Assembly: GCA_002633005.1 (NCBI GenBank)
Contig: NMRA01000334.1
Coordinates: 229,280-274,860, forward strand
Length of the DNA: 45,581 nt
Reading direction: 5' to 3'
DNA from: Phoronis australis
Taxonomy: Eukaryota > Animalia > Phoronida
Part shown: one piece after another, positions 1 to 13,186 of the stretch
Layout: each line of letters starts with the position of its first letter
Position numbering within the stretch: position 1 is the first letter of the stretch
Notes under the pieces: model-generated
Databases searched by the model: none
What the model was told of the DNA's origin: nothing
The model's input: only the letters and a program-made list of their open reading frames with translations
Made by a program: the position numbers and the translations under genes

Positions 1-689
1 TGCGTTACTTAAGGGGGAAGCCATGCGCGGTAAGCACGACCAAAATGGCGCAGGTATGCCATCTTTTGTGACAAACGGTTGTTTCTCCTTCGAAAACTGT
101 TGTTGACCCCCTCGCGACATTCTAAAGGTTCCGGCGTCGCTGATATTTATTCAGATACGTGCGTACGTACATTAGATTCAAATACATGACGAAATGTTTG
201 GCACGATTTCGGTTTTTGCTTATGATACCTACTGAATGTCTTTAGCACACAGTAGCTAATGCAAAGTTTTCTGTTCATTGCCGGCATCCTGGTAATGGAA
301 TATTGGCCTGTAAAAACAACCGAGGTCGGTGCGTAGTTGTCACAAATGACTACTCCTCTTTCTGTTAGTTTGAATCACGAATCAACAAATGCTTGTTTTA
401 TATAATCCATAAATAATTTTCCAGTACTGTCGGTAAAGAGATGAAACTTCATTTTTGAGCGATATTTCAACATTTCTGACAGCACTACGCGTAATTCCAG
501 CTTCTTATGAATCTTTAGGACACTTAATCCCGCCACCTTAAATAATGGATTCGGACGACTGAAAGACTCGCCTCAAGCCTCAAGCAGTACACTCACTATA
601 AATGACCAGCAGGTAATGAACTTTTAGTTTTTACTATTTAATGAAAGCTCTGTTCGTTTTGACCGTCGTTTCGCTGGGTTCATATCGAT

Positions 690-1230
690 GTTTTCTGGTC
701 CCTGAGTTACCTCGTCTCTATATTCCGCAACTGATATTTTCTCGGGCCTATGTTTCCTAGCGCCGATCCTCTCCCGACCCTATATTCTCTCCCAAATCCT
801 ATGTTTTCCCAGTCCAGATGTCCCTATGTTCCCCTGCCCCCATGTTCCCTCCCCCGCACCCATTTTCTGTATATCGGAAATCAATTCCTTGCGTTGATTA
901 CTTAATTTATAGATCTTGCGACTGAAAAGCGCTGTGATTCTGGCCAATCATAAACATTATAAAGATGTGATTTGATCTACAAACAAACTGGGTTGGTCTG
1001 TCATTGTCAATAAATTGCTTTACTGGCTTTTCTGTAAGCAAATGCTCCCTTTAAACACAGAAATTGAATTAACGTACACCGATACGTGGGAACAAGACCG
1101 GGTAATATAGGACCAGGGTAACGTCGGGATGGGGTAACGTGGGGACGGGGGAACATTGGGCAGCGGAATATTGGTTGGGGAACAGAGGGACGGGAATTGG
1201 AGTGACAGGGGAACAGTGGGCAGACCATGT
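690..1230. repeat. Foldback-like element with inverted arrays of ~15-bp degenerate repeats
   Basis: Left arm (~690-870) has repeated CTATGTTCCC-like units. Right arm (~1085-1230) has the complementary GGGAACA/GGGTAAC units. An AT-rich spacer lies between. Exact termini not resolved. Confidence 0.55.
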
Positions 1231-1305
1231 TTCGTTCCTTAGGGCAAAATGACACTGACATAAGTAAAAAGAAAACAAAACAACTTAAACCAAATAAACG
1301 TTTTT

Positions 1306-4300
1306 CATTACATTGAAAGCGAAGGTAATATATGCTGCTTCATCTGCCAAACATCAACTGGCGAGGACAGCAAGCTGAAAACTTTCAACGAAAACAATTG
1401 GTCAACAATGAAGAACGTCACTACTCTACGTAAAAATTAAGATGTGACAAATACTCAATTGTTACGCAAAGAATAGCGGAAGCTAGTGAAACAGAATTAT
1501 ATCTTCGCTATCAACCATCGTGCTACATAAAATACACTGCTGTTAAACGGCCAAGAGATGGACCGTCAGTTGACGACACAACTCCTAGTAAAATGGCCTG
1601 TATTCTTACAATACGTTGCAGTTCCCTCCCAAAGTCCAATGATAAGGGCATGATGAAAAGTTCTTGCATATTCTGTGGGAAAAGCCGAAAGATTAAGAAT
1701 GGGAAAGAGGGACCAAGGGTCAAGATATTAACACTTACTGGTTGTCATTCCCTCCGCCAAGCGACCAAATCATCTAGTAATGAGCGCTTAAGAAGCCTGG
1801 TTTTCAGTGATGTTGACTTAATAGCAAAGGAAGCTGAATACCACAAGTCCTGACGAGCTCTCTTCACTAAAGAAACTTCTGGTCAGGAAAGTGGAAATTT
1901 AAGGGATCTACACCACCAAGCATTTACACAAACACGCAATTACAGTGAAATTGAGTTTCTTGAGAACCGGCGGTCAATACTTCTCTCTACTTTGCTAGAT
2001 TTGTACAAAGAAGAGTATGTAAGTAATGGTGGGACAGAAACTAATGTCTCAGCATACACAACTCAGAATCTCCTTAAGAAGATCAAAGACCAATTTGGAG
2101 GCAGAATTCAAGTAAGATTGTCAAATCAACGGAAAGGGAATTTTATTTTTAGCTCCACTGTAACAGAAGAAGATGCATTAGTTCAGCAGCAAGGTGAGAC
2201 TGAAGAAATCTACCAAAATGACAAACTGAGATGGGCTGCTCTTCATCTTCGGTCTCAAATCTTGCAACTGCCACTGAAATCATGTGAACCAAAGATACCG
2301 CAGCAACTTGAACTGTTCTACCGAACACTTCTCGGTGGCATTACAACCTCAAGCTCTCAAAGAGAAACCATTGACCGCAAAGTGACCGCAATGGCATCTG
2401 ACGCCATTAACAACGTTACCCGTGGTAATGTGAGGCCGTGGAAGCACACGTCCCTGGGACTTGGTCTGTCTTCTCTGACAGGTTCAAAACTGTCTGTGCA
2501 GGTTCTTAACAGAGCAGGACATTCCATCGGCTACAAAGAAAGCAAAGGCCTTGAGACTGAGTTTGCATATTCCATAGAGTCGTATGAACGCGAAGCACCG
2601 GATGGTATTCGACTCCTTCCAAATCTATCCACTGCCTCTGTTTGGGATAATAATGACCCACACGTCGAAACATTAGATGGCATGTCAACACTGCACGCAA
2701 CCGTTTGTCATAGCTACCAAAATGTGGTGGAAGAAGAAAGGGAAGACTCTTCTGCTGCACTGTTGTTTCGAGAAGGAAGGAATCGCCGACAGTTTGTGGG
2801 GGTAGAGCGAGAAGTGCGGCCATTCAGAAAATCTCTTAAGGATGTTACTTTTTCAAGTATCAACATAAACTCTGCTCAAACACGTGACAATCTTGTCAGA
2901 GGCACTGAAGTAAACTACAAGAACATACAGCTCAACTTATTGGATCTCTACTGGTTTTTGTAACTAAGGGAAGGTAACACTCCACTGCATGCTGGATTTA
3001 TGAGCAGCTACATACGGGACCCATTGCCTCTTCAACGGATCTGTTACATGGAACCCATTTCAAAATCACCAACCAACAACGATGTTGTTAAAGAAACTAT
3101 GATCCGCACAATGAATGTAGCCAGAGAGACTGGGCAAGACTACGCAGTTGTCACATATGACTTGGCAGTTGCTTTAAAAGCCTACGCAATACAAGAACTT
3201 GAAAGACCATTGTTTGATAAGCTGCTGATAATGCTCGGCAATTTTCATACGGAGCTGGCTTTTTATGGAGCTGTTGGAACCATGATAAATGGAAGTGGCA
3301 TAGAGTTCCTACTTTCAGAGACTGGTATCTATGCAGAAGGGTCTATGATGGGCTTCATTAAAGGAAATTCTACAACAGGTGCACTCGGGTTCACGAGCTT
3401 CTTGCTAACGTTTTGGAGGGCAAGATGTACCAAAAATCTCTGCATGACTTGGCTCCGGAGGAATATGAATCGTTCCTTACGGTTATGACCGCAGTCCCTT
3501 CAGATCCAGAACAAACAGAGGCAAACCTTGATGATCCTGGGATCACTCAGCATCTCCAGAAGTATGAATATTTCGTTCACAAAGTGATTAATTGCAAATA
3601 TGGCAAAACTGCTCAGTTTTGGGCAACCTACTTCTTTCTCATAAACCGCGCGCACAGAGAACTCCAGAGATGCGTCAAGACCAATGACGTCAGTGGTTAT
3701 ATCAACATTTTCCCGACAATGCTAGATGTATTCTTTGCCCTGAACCGCCCAAACTACGCCAGATGGGGAACATTGTTTTACCAAAAATTGAAATTTGCAG
3801 ACCCACAATTGCTCAAAGTGCTGGAAAACGGAGCGTTGTCAGTGCGACGTACTAGGAACAGCTTCAGTAGATCGGCTGTTGACCGCTCTTTGGAACAGTC
3901 CGTCAACAGGGATGCAGCATCGAGCACGACAGGGATAGTGGCTTTCCGCAACTCAGAGAATGCAATGCGTCGATGGTCCCTCTCTATGACACAAAGGGCA
4001 ATGGCTGTAACTGAACTTAGGACATTTGCAGGACTTGAAATCGGGGAGAATGCAAAGATTCAGTGCAGTCCTTCAAGAATCAAAAAAGATAACGAACAGA
4101 TGGCATCACTCAGTGTCAAAATGCTCCACCAGGTCTGGTTAATATCGCAACTGGCCAAGCAGCATAACAAGCAACGGAAGACTACCTCATCAATGCGCTG
4201 AGCCGAGACCATGATGCGAGGTAAAAATTCCAACATGAATGGGAAAATGACAGCAGTAGGTTTCTGTGACCAGTTAAACGTACAGCTGTCCAAAATTTTG

Positions 4301-4940
4301 CAGCTAAAAGCGTGAAGAGTAAAGCCAAGTCAACGGCCTCCCAGAGAAACAAGACAGCCGCAGAGAGTCTAAGAGATTTGTTCATACACATAGTCGTAGT
4401 TGTAGCACAGAGGGCAGACTTCGATCTTCGACAACTTCTCTCACATCCTGTCACATCTTATCCATTAGCACTTGCTCACTGCGATGGAGCGCTCGTCAAA
4501 ACGGAAAAGTCTGCTTTGTTGAAAAAACTTGAATTGTTCCAGACAGAACCTATAACAGATGGAGATTTTCTAAACGACTACGTGAAGGTTTTTGATGGCG
4601 GACTTCTTCTACATTCAGTCATTTCACAGACGAGAATAGGTGCAACTTACGAATCAGTTGCACGATCGATGTTATCAGTGGTGTGTTCGGGGAGGGCAGA
4701 GGAAGCTCACTTGTGTCTAGAAAAGTACGTAGAAAACTCAATAAAGGACAATGGACGGAAACATCGCGGGGACTTTAAATTCCATGTATGCCATAACAGG
4801 GCCTGATCAAACTATGCGACAGAGCTCACAAACACTTCTGAACTACAGTGCGTTCAAGAATGAAGTGGCGAAGATCCTTTTAACGGAATGGAGAAAAGAC
4901 CATTATAGGCATATGTTTGGTGGGAAAACCTTGTTTGTTT
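1306..4940 (+). pseudogene. Academ (AcademX-type) DNA transposase pseudogene, frameshifted and 3'-deleted
   Basis: Collinear motifs across several broken frames: CFIC...YQPSCYIKYT, CIFCG...DLIAKEAEYHKS, WDNND..TLDGMSTLHAT, VTYDLAVALKA..IQ, LGNFH, RPNYARW, DRSLEQSVNRD, YPLALAHCDG..KTEKSALL, and the start of an XPG/PIN-like domain (VFDGGLLLH). Multiple stops and frameshifts. Confidence 0.8.
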
Positions 4941-5327
4941 GGCAGTGTTCATTCGTGATACCTGGGCTTACGGTGAATATTTTGCCACTGGTTTCAAGCG
5001 GTTACCTCTTGGATTGATCTAGCTCAATTTTTGTACCCTGTATATGTTCGTCTGGCGGGTGGTCCCCACCGCTGAAATTGTCTGGCAGTGGCCAATTTTG
5101 ATACAGCGGATTACGTACTAGGTATCCAAGTTAGTTTGAAGTGGTTACCAGAAAAGTTGATCAAGCTCAATTTTTTAGTTCCATTCTCTTGGATCCCCTG
5201 ACCACACCCACCAGAGCGAACCTGCCAGACGGCCATTTCCAAGCATCAGGATACCATAAGAGCACTGTGGCACCAAAGAAAATTGGTTACCTTTTCATGC
5301 CCAAAAAATCTCTGGGATCCCGGTCTA
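4930..5327 (+). mobile_element. Right terminal region (long TIR) of the Academ element
   Basis: Reverse complement of 39190-~39580. Ends GGGATCCCGGTCTA. Contains TTGATC(T/A)AGCTCAA at 5014 and 5157 (143-bp spacing). Directly abuts the transposase remnant. Confidence 0.7.
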
Positions 5328-5989
5328 TAAGCGTAGGGCTTAGCCAGAGTCGAGAATTTGGAATAAATGTAGACCGATCTCTATTTAACACCGCATTGTT
5401 GAATTATAACAAGGGGCCAAAGATTTCAAAGGAATTTGCATAAAATTAAACTTCCCAGCTAAAATAAAGACCAATTTAAACAACTGTGACGTGTTGGATT
5501 GCTTCTCCGTTGAGTTTTCCACCAACATGATTTAAAATACTTAATGTTAGGTTGTTAGGTTATAGCAGGCCGACTACCCGGCTAAGGTCAGCAAACTGAC
5601 TGAATGTCAATGAATTCTGATCCGGTTCGTCAATGTTAGTTGGATACTTTCAAGGTATCAGATTTTCACGATTAGTTCAACAATTAGAAGGAATATGTCA
5701 AACGGAATTAGCAGCTTCGATCCTGCGTGGTGTTTTATTATTGAAACTGGTCTCACTACTAACAGCTCGACCCCACTCAGCGCCATGGATGGGTGGGTCT
5801 TATGTGTGTGCCCGCTATTCAGGGGAGATAGCTGGTTCTCAAAATGAGGGCACGTTATTATATGCCTGACTATTCGAATAAACGGGACACCTTCCATCAG
5901 ACGGCATCACAAAATTAGTGGCGTGCCATTTTCTCTGCATGTCCTCTGACAAATAGTGTGAACAATTATTTGTCTCTTGCACTTTTTAG

Positions 5990-6262
5990 ATTTGCCTGGC
6001 TGTTTTGTCGATAAGGACAGTCGTAGAGATTTCACAGATCAGGCATACCGTAGCGCTAACAACTCTCAAACGACCTGTAAGAACACATGTGAGATCAAGG
6101 GTTATTGGTACGCTGCAGTTCAATCTGGAGTGACATGCTGGTGTGGTAACAGTTATGGACGACACGGACGGGCAAGGGATGACAAATGCAGCATTTTGTG
6201 TCCGGCAGACAGTTCCCAATTGTGCGGAGGAAAACTGAAAAACTGGGTTATGCTCGCTAAAG
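5990..6262 (+). CDS. WSC-domain exon, paralog 1 (internal exon, phase 1-1)
   Basis: Acceptor cactttttAG at 5988-5989, donor GTAAAG at 6263, 273 bp with no stop. GCFVD...C...C...YAAVQSGVTCWCGN.YG.......C...CPADSSQLCGG is the 8-Cys WSC pattern. Confidence 0.9.
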
Positions 6263-7667
6263 GTAAAGTACGCTTGACATGGTAACACGCAGTATTTCAC
6301 GAACGTGGACAACAGTGCCGCTAGCTCTTTGCTCACTCCGTTGCTGATGTTGCTATTGTCTCTGCTGCACTGATTGCAGTTTGCCTGATAACCTTTGCGA
6401 TACCCCAGGCCGGCTCAAAACGCACGACTGGGACCACTAAATTGATCAGCTGATTATGAGTCATGGGGACTCCCAACATGCGGTGAAGACTTCAAGTGGG
6501 TTTGTTTTCTAGCAGGAAGTTGGAATGTCGAGTAAACCTGTATGATTTGTCGACTTCCTATAAGCAGGTTACGAGTCCATCGAGTAGCCAGAAGCCTGCC
6601 AAGTCTTTAATAATGATAGGCGACATTCGATCCGTTCCCGCATCCGGAATGAGTGCACTCTACCGACATGCATACGAAGTAAAAGCAATCGCTTCGAAAT
6701 TTTCAGAATTAAGCCCTATGTACCTTTTTAGGTGCCGTAGGGCAAATCGTCAGCTTTTTTGATCCCACCGTATTTTCCTGAGATTTAAGTGTTCTTGGTG
6801 TTTGTTCTGTGCACAATTTTTCTGATATTTCTCAGATGATTTCGACCAAACTTTCGACAATATAACGATTAGTTCGAAGTGTTGTCATGTAGTGCAATTC
6901 GACCGCAATTTTCATATGACCTGCTTTTTATTTTCACGAATACTTATAATTAACCTCTGCACGCAACACTTTCGGTGTTGTTACGGAGTCTCGTAGCGCA
7001 TATTGCAGTATTTTGCAACATGTCTTCACTCAAATTGGAAACCTTCATGGTTTTCACACATACATATTTAAAGAGTGTTTTTCAGTGCAACGGATGAAAC
7101 AAAGCACGGGATTATCAACCGAATAAAAACACCAAGGCGTGCATCAATCCGCGCCCCAAAAAACGTGAAAGACATGTTCAAGAGCACTGTACTCAAATAT
7201 TCTGTATAGCCTGTTTAAACTGAGTTGATGACGCTGCGGGTAGATTTTGGACAGATGTTTCTGGCATAGTGCAATTCAAGAAGGCCAACGGCAATTAAAT
7301 TTTAAAACATTTCATAAAATTTACATATAAGAGATCTGTATCAAGTTACCCCTGTGCGTACAAACCCATCTTCCACCAGATAAACCCAATTCTGATTCAC
7401 CGTTATGAAATTTGAATAAAAGGTTTCCTCTGCCAAATTTGAAGTAACTTCGAAAGAGCCGAGTGCTTGATACTAGGCACTGCAGCTTGGCTTGTGACGG
7501 CGTGTCATTTTATGCATCGTGCATTGTCTTTAGGAATATCGAACTGCCTAGAAACCTAAAAATCCCTTCCCATCTGAATCAAGAATACACGTAAAATGAA
7601 ATCAAAAGTTAGACGGAACGAGGGCTAATAAGCGTTAACATAATCGCCAACCGTTCTCTCATTCTAG

Positions 7668-7924
7668 TGGAGCCACTGTGTTTGCAATATCAAGAAGAGT
7701 TAGACAGAGCCCTGCCAGGAACTGTTGGAGCTCAGCTGTTCAAGTTAAGAACACAGACATGGTTTGAAGTTGTATCTGCCATCCCTATGAATGTTGAAGT
7801 TATTCGTCAGATTGAAACCATTCTAAACACGATAACATGCATTTTGTTGTGTACGAAGGACATTTGTTGTGTACACGTGATTCATCTGCCCGACGGAAGG
7901 TGTATCATATTACGAAATAACTGA
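7668..7924 (+). CDS. Terminal exon, paralog 1; C-terminal Cys-rich PAN/Apple-like module
   Basis: Acceptor ctctcattctAG at 7666-7667. Phase 1 start matches the WSC exon. Open to TGA. ITCILLCTKDICC...GRCIIL pattern. Frame conserved with paralog 31595-31863. Confidence 0.7.
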
Positions 7925-9310
7925 GATAGCCGTTAGAAACACGCTCGTTTGCTTGGATAATTAAAACGCCGAACTTCCTCCTCTGGATGGCGATGACGTC
8001 AACAGCACTCTTTAAGTTAGTTGCTGCACGACACACTATTTATGTAGTCCTACTGTGATGTTGCCAGTATCTGGCGTAACTTTACTGCCCCTCGACACTA
8101 GTTGTATGAATGTTGCACGTTGGAATCTATGGTATCAATTGAGACGAGTACCTACTGTACCTTTAAAAGCAACATGTGTGTAATTTCACGTAATATAATC
8201 GAGGGATCGAAGCCAATGAAACATGAAGGTGAATATACAAAGTTATACAGAATTGCATGAACTTATCTATTACAGCAATTCTATGCACGTGTTTGAAACT
8301 GTTTCATAAAAAATACTTTGGTTTTCGTACTTGAATGTGTTAGTCTTTTGATTTTCTTTAAAGGTCTGTGAAGACAATGACCTTCAACATCCTCTGTGAA
8401 GCACGTGTCCTCTAGGAACCGCCTTACTTGGTCGCAAAATCACTTTGCCCGGCATGTAATTTTAGGCTTTTTAAAGTGCGGCTTACGAATCACGGCACAC
8501 TGACAATCGTAACCCTCAAAAACCGCATTTATTATTAGGTCTTCAAAGTGAATTTGGCAACTTAGGAAAACGAATTTTGTGTAACTTGGCCGACTGGCCG
8601 AGATAATTCGATACTTTGAGACCCAGCGAGTAATTCAACCGTTTAATTAGTGAAACACTGGAATCATTAGACGTTTTCAAAAACAGCTTTAGGTCAAGCC
8701 ATTTCTTAGAGAGGCCAATCAACCTAGCTGTCTACCCGAATGAACAAGCTCGGCGTTAAACTTCATCTCATATTGCGCCGCCCTAATGCTAAAAACCAAT
8801 TTTTGTCCATTCAGGGACGGTGCAGAAGCGATGCATATCTCCTCTGCACGGTACAAACCTTCAAACCTAAAAACCAAAGGTTACGTGAAAACTGACGTGG
8901 TAGATTTCCATTTCAATGTGTAATAAATTTCCAGAAGACATATGATAGGGAGTAAACAAATAGTCTAATGCAATGGATATTTATCACCCACGTACCCTTT
9001 GCCATTGGGATTGGATTGTAATCTTAACTCATTAACCTGTATCGAGTTGACAGCATAAACATTCAGCATTGATTGATGTAACTGTCACTGATAAACTTTT
9101 AGAAATCATTCCAAACAATAATAATGCTTTGATGTACGAAAAGATCCCGATTGCTACGTCAAGTATCGTATCACATATCACAACATACAAAGATTAACCA
9201 GACTCTGGCTGGCGACTGACTGCCGCGAAGTCGACATCGGCGAGTGCCTCAGTTAACAGGCATCGGTAGAATAATCATGGAATAATCGTTAAAATAATCA
9301 CAAACCTTAC

Positions 9311-9495
9311 CTTTGTATGAGGTCGTGCTTACTTCCTCTCATAGAAGCACCCTTTTTACGCAATCTCAGATTCAGTTGGCACGGCTGCAAGCCATTTCAC
9401 CATGTATTTAAAGGGCTCGCGAAATCGAGGCTGTTAATCTATCACCACTAGTACACGCACGCCCTCTAGTTATTGCAGATTTTCCGAATAGCCCC
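9311..9495 (-). mobile_element. ISL2EU-like element end (family GGGGCTATTCGG) with a SAP-domain exon remnant
   Basis: Terminus AT|GGGGCTATTCGG on the - strand. Reads QLNLRLRKKGASMRGSKHDLIQR (SAP pattern) and then a GTAAG donor at 9310. Confidence 0.6.
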
Positions 9496-9621
9496 ATTGA
9501 TGGTTATACAATTTTTATTTTCAATTGCGAGCCTAGTTTTTTTATTGTAATCAAAATATATATTTAATAACATCAACTATTATTTCAGATCAATGACAAA
9601 TCAACTGTTAGTCCCGGTAGT

Positions 9622-10143
9622 GCCTACCTCACCAGGACCTAGGCTATGCTTGAAGCTAATAGGCCTACTCTTGATCAACAAATTAAACCAGATGAGACTA
9701 ATTGCACATGACAGCAAAATGCTATGAGCCACCACTGTCGAATATATCTTCAACTCGTCAACAATACGACTAGATGACCTGGTTTGTGTAGAAAGCATTT
9801 TTATCAAGAATTTATTAGAAGAAACGTAACCCTGCATTCAGCATGATACCTAATCCGTAACACTACGAACGCCGCAATTCGGTCATGTTTACTTTTCATG
9901 TTTCGAATAGTTTTCCGGAAAAACCTTATATCCTTTCGTCAGACAACTCTTTGGTGCATTGACTTGTTCTTTAACTGTATTTTTCTACGTCTCTGTGGTT
10001 AATTATTGACACATTTTTTAAGATTTAATATTCAGGTTGGACTCCAAAGACCGGCCATTTAACTCACGCAATGTAAATTTCCGCTTTGTTTATCGCAGTG
10101 AGCCTCGCTTTGGATTTTAATGTCCGCCGCGTGAATAGAGTCT
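9622..10143. mobile_element. Terminal segment of ISL2EU-like family AGAC(T/C)CTATTCACG; near-identical to 28228-28750
   Basis: Direct alignment by eye with scattered substitutions. Ends CGTGAATAGAGTCT|AT. Confidence 0.75.
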
Positions 10144-10145
10144 AT

Positions 10146-10207
10146 GCTCAATTTAATCACCACTAGTACAGCAGCGACACCGCGAGGAGAATTATCCGAA
10201 TAGCCCC
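10146..10207 (-). mobile_element. Isolated terminal 62 bp of family GGGGCTATTCGG (THAP-side end)
   Basis: Reverse complement of 44920-~44981. Ends CCGAATAGCCCC|AT. Confidence 0.75.
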
Positions 10208-13186
10208 ATTGCTACGGTGCCACAACTCCGCCGTCTGTATCAGTCGGCATGTGTGAAAGGGCTTCCTGACGTTATGTACACGGATTTGACTGGATCACGC
10301 AGTGACCAATCCCAGTGAGACGTTTCGGCTTCGGGTGAAGTCGTGTTGACATCGTGACATCATCGGTACCAGCCTTCGGGATTTAACCGACAAAAGCTGA
10401 GTTAGTCTGTCACGACTGCACACGTTCAACACGTTTTTGCCGTCACTTGGACACCTAACCACCACGAACAGCTGCAAGGACCAGTATTGAGTGAAAGGGG
10501 TTTTTGAGCACTTTTTTGTATAGAGATGAAGTCTAAAGTCAGTTATTACATCAACAGCACGAGTCGTTAAAGTTGGCCTTCCCTTATTCAGTTTAATTGT
10601 CCATTCAACTCTTACCTCAGGTTCTGCATAATACCGCATTCAATCCGCTAAACATATTCTTTGTGCAATTGTAATGAAATTTTGATTTATATTTAAAACG
10701 TTAAAACAGAGTTGTGTAACAAAATACGCAATAAGTTTTTCGATATTGATTTCGGAAACATCACAGCCACCCAGAGATACCGATCAGGTTTCCTTGCTGT
10801 CCAGGAGAAATCCGTTTAAAATTGAAAAGTGGATGATGCTCATTGGTCAATGTCAGGTATGAAAAATTTGCATGTGGAGGTATCATCAAATATAGACTTT
10901 CGTTTGCTTTTTCCCTAACATCCTTTAATAATGAATTAATTGGAGTAAGGTCAATGTTCTACAAGTCGCGGCTTCCTTAACAATTTGTACATTGAAATTC
11001 CATCGGCCGAATGCAGAGAGACTCAGGTATTATAAAAAAGTTCTCTGATTTGGGAAACCTTTTTCCGAATGTGAACACCTTTGACACTTTGAAGGATGGT
11101 GTTTTGTGGAAAATCCAAGGTTACGGCCCGTCGATGCAAGAATTTCAATCAGGAAGCTACACGTACATGTTATTTGATTACTTATTTGTTTGTGACACGT
11201 GGCGAAACCTTTCCTGATTTTGCGTTTTCGCGATGCTCTCGGAACTGATGTCACCTGTGGTAGTACGTTTTCAGCGTTTCCATTGCTTGCATTTCAATCC
11301 GGTATCTCACAATCCAATGCAACATACACGTCTATCAACAAAAAAATCAATGTTGACACTGGACCTTCTTTCACAGTGCTTCGAGGAGTAAGGGGAGTAC
11401 GCTGACCCCACTTCATCATCATAAATTATTTAGTCGTTTTAGTGTTTGTATTTTCTCTTTTCTTCCTACATCCTCGTTTCTTTCCGTCAGTGTCTTTGTT
11501 TTTCTCATTGGATGTCTTTCTTCTTCCTTACACCTTCCATTCATTGAGCTTCCGGTTCCGTTAACACAGAGGTTTGGATTTGCCAGAAATTCTTAGATTG
11601 TTTGCAGTTGGCCATTGGCCGTTGAACTCTTTGGACCACCGAGGCGGTTTCCACGGGATAACTGACCAAATACCTAAAACAAGTCTCGTATACTGCCAAA
11701 CTTTGATTCGGAACTTCAAGGCCGTTTGTTATACATCGAGGAATCGGTGATTTCGTTACGCGACTAGCTTCAGTATTTGTTATGGTTGATATTACCTCTT
11801 GACCTATCCTAAACGTGTAAACTAATGCAATCGACTAAAGCCGGCTATGGCCGAGGAGGAAGCAACTGAATTCAATTTAAATGTGTAGTGCACTTACTCT
11901 GACGTATAGAAATTACGTGGTTGTGAAGTGATGTAGCTGCATTCAGAAACATTAACTGTTGACTTAAGCACACCAATACAATCATTTCGCACACAAAGTT
12001 TTCTCTCATCGCTCGTTACGCTACCCAGGCTTGCCAGGAAATTAGAACAAGAACGTATTTACAAGAATAAAAAAGTAGGAGACTTCAGAGCCAATACCAA
12101 ACACTTATTTGATTTTCTTCACCATTTCATCGTCTTCATCTTTAGTTCCATCCCTTCTGTTGTAGCAATGACAACTTGTCCATCTGTTCCTTCTCATTGT
12201 GAATACGTTTGGCATATACTGCTGACGTCATTTAGAGTTTGGCATTTTTGCGATTAAAAGTCGGTTTTCTACTTGCCGAAGTGAATCGTAGAAGGAGTCC
12301 AAACAATTTGAACAAAAAGGTTTTAAATGGCAACGTGGTAGGAATGTAATTCAAAAGTCACAGAACACCTTCACAATAAGATTAAATGTCTCGCTTGACC
12401 TTACAACACGTTTTGCTAACTTTGAGGTAGCATAATATATATGAAACTTTTATTAAGTTTTTGTAATTTGTACTGAGTTGCACCCGATTAAATATTGTTT
12501 ATCTGAACACCTCAGAGATAAAAACATTCATATTTGTATTCTCGGGGTCAACTATTTACGACAGTCATGTTACTCGGAGTTTCCTTTTGTCGTCTGTAGG
12601 TCTAATCCTACCTGCCAATGAACACTGGTTTTCAATCATGCACCCTGTAGACCTTCTTGCTGGTAAACAATGAATTCAAGCACCTTGTAGCAGCATTATA
12701 CGAGATTTAAAAATTTCTGCAGCTCAAATGTATGTGGAGATGGCTAAAGAAAGATACTTGGTTGGGGTATATTTCAAAGCGGTAAGTTGAAATCGAAATT
12801 AAGTATGCATGTCTAGGGCTCACAACCATTTTGCTTATTCTGTTGGAACACGTAAATGTTCAAATGGCCAAGGCGGTTCTCACGTTTTGTCATATTTTGT
12901 GTTTGTCACAAAATAAGTCGTGTTCTAAAAGAACGGAGGAGTTATAGTGACCTAGTAAGAAAAGTGTGCACTGTCAGACCCTTGAGTGAAGCCCCCAGCT
13001 CCCCAGCACAGTTTCATTTAAATATTATACAAGGGTACTATAGAAAATCTTGCCATTCGATTCGAAATAAGCTGTATCAGATTGGTGCAAGAGAAGTTTT
13101 CTCATTCTTCAATGCTTTATTGAAGAAACTTTCTCGGCAGTAGCGTTTACACTGTCCTGTTGATTTGCTGTGAGCAACATCGTTAA

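Noticed and set aside
9-541. Possible TTAA-flanked element (TTAAGGGGG...CCACCTTAA)
   Set aside because: The terminal match is only about GG.GG, too short to call TIRs.
501-612. Candidate upstream exon for paralog 1 (donor CAG|GTAATG at 613)
   Set aside because: The phase-1 frame contains TGA at 603-605, and there is no other support.
12723-12781. Candidate 59-bp upstream exon (ctgcAG...GCG|GTAAGT) for WSC paralog 2
   Set aside because: The open frames end in phase 0 or 2 and the phase-1 frame has a stop, so it cannot join the WSC exon directly. No paralog was seen.
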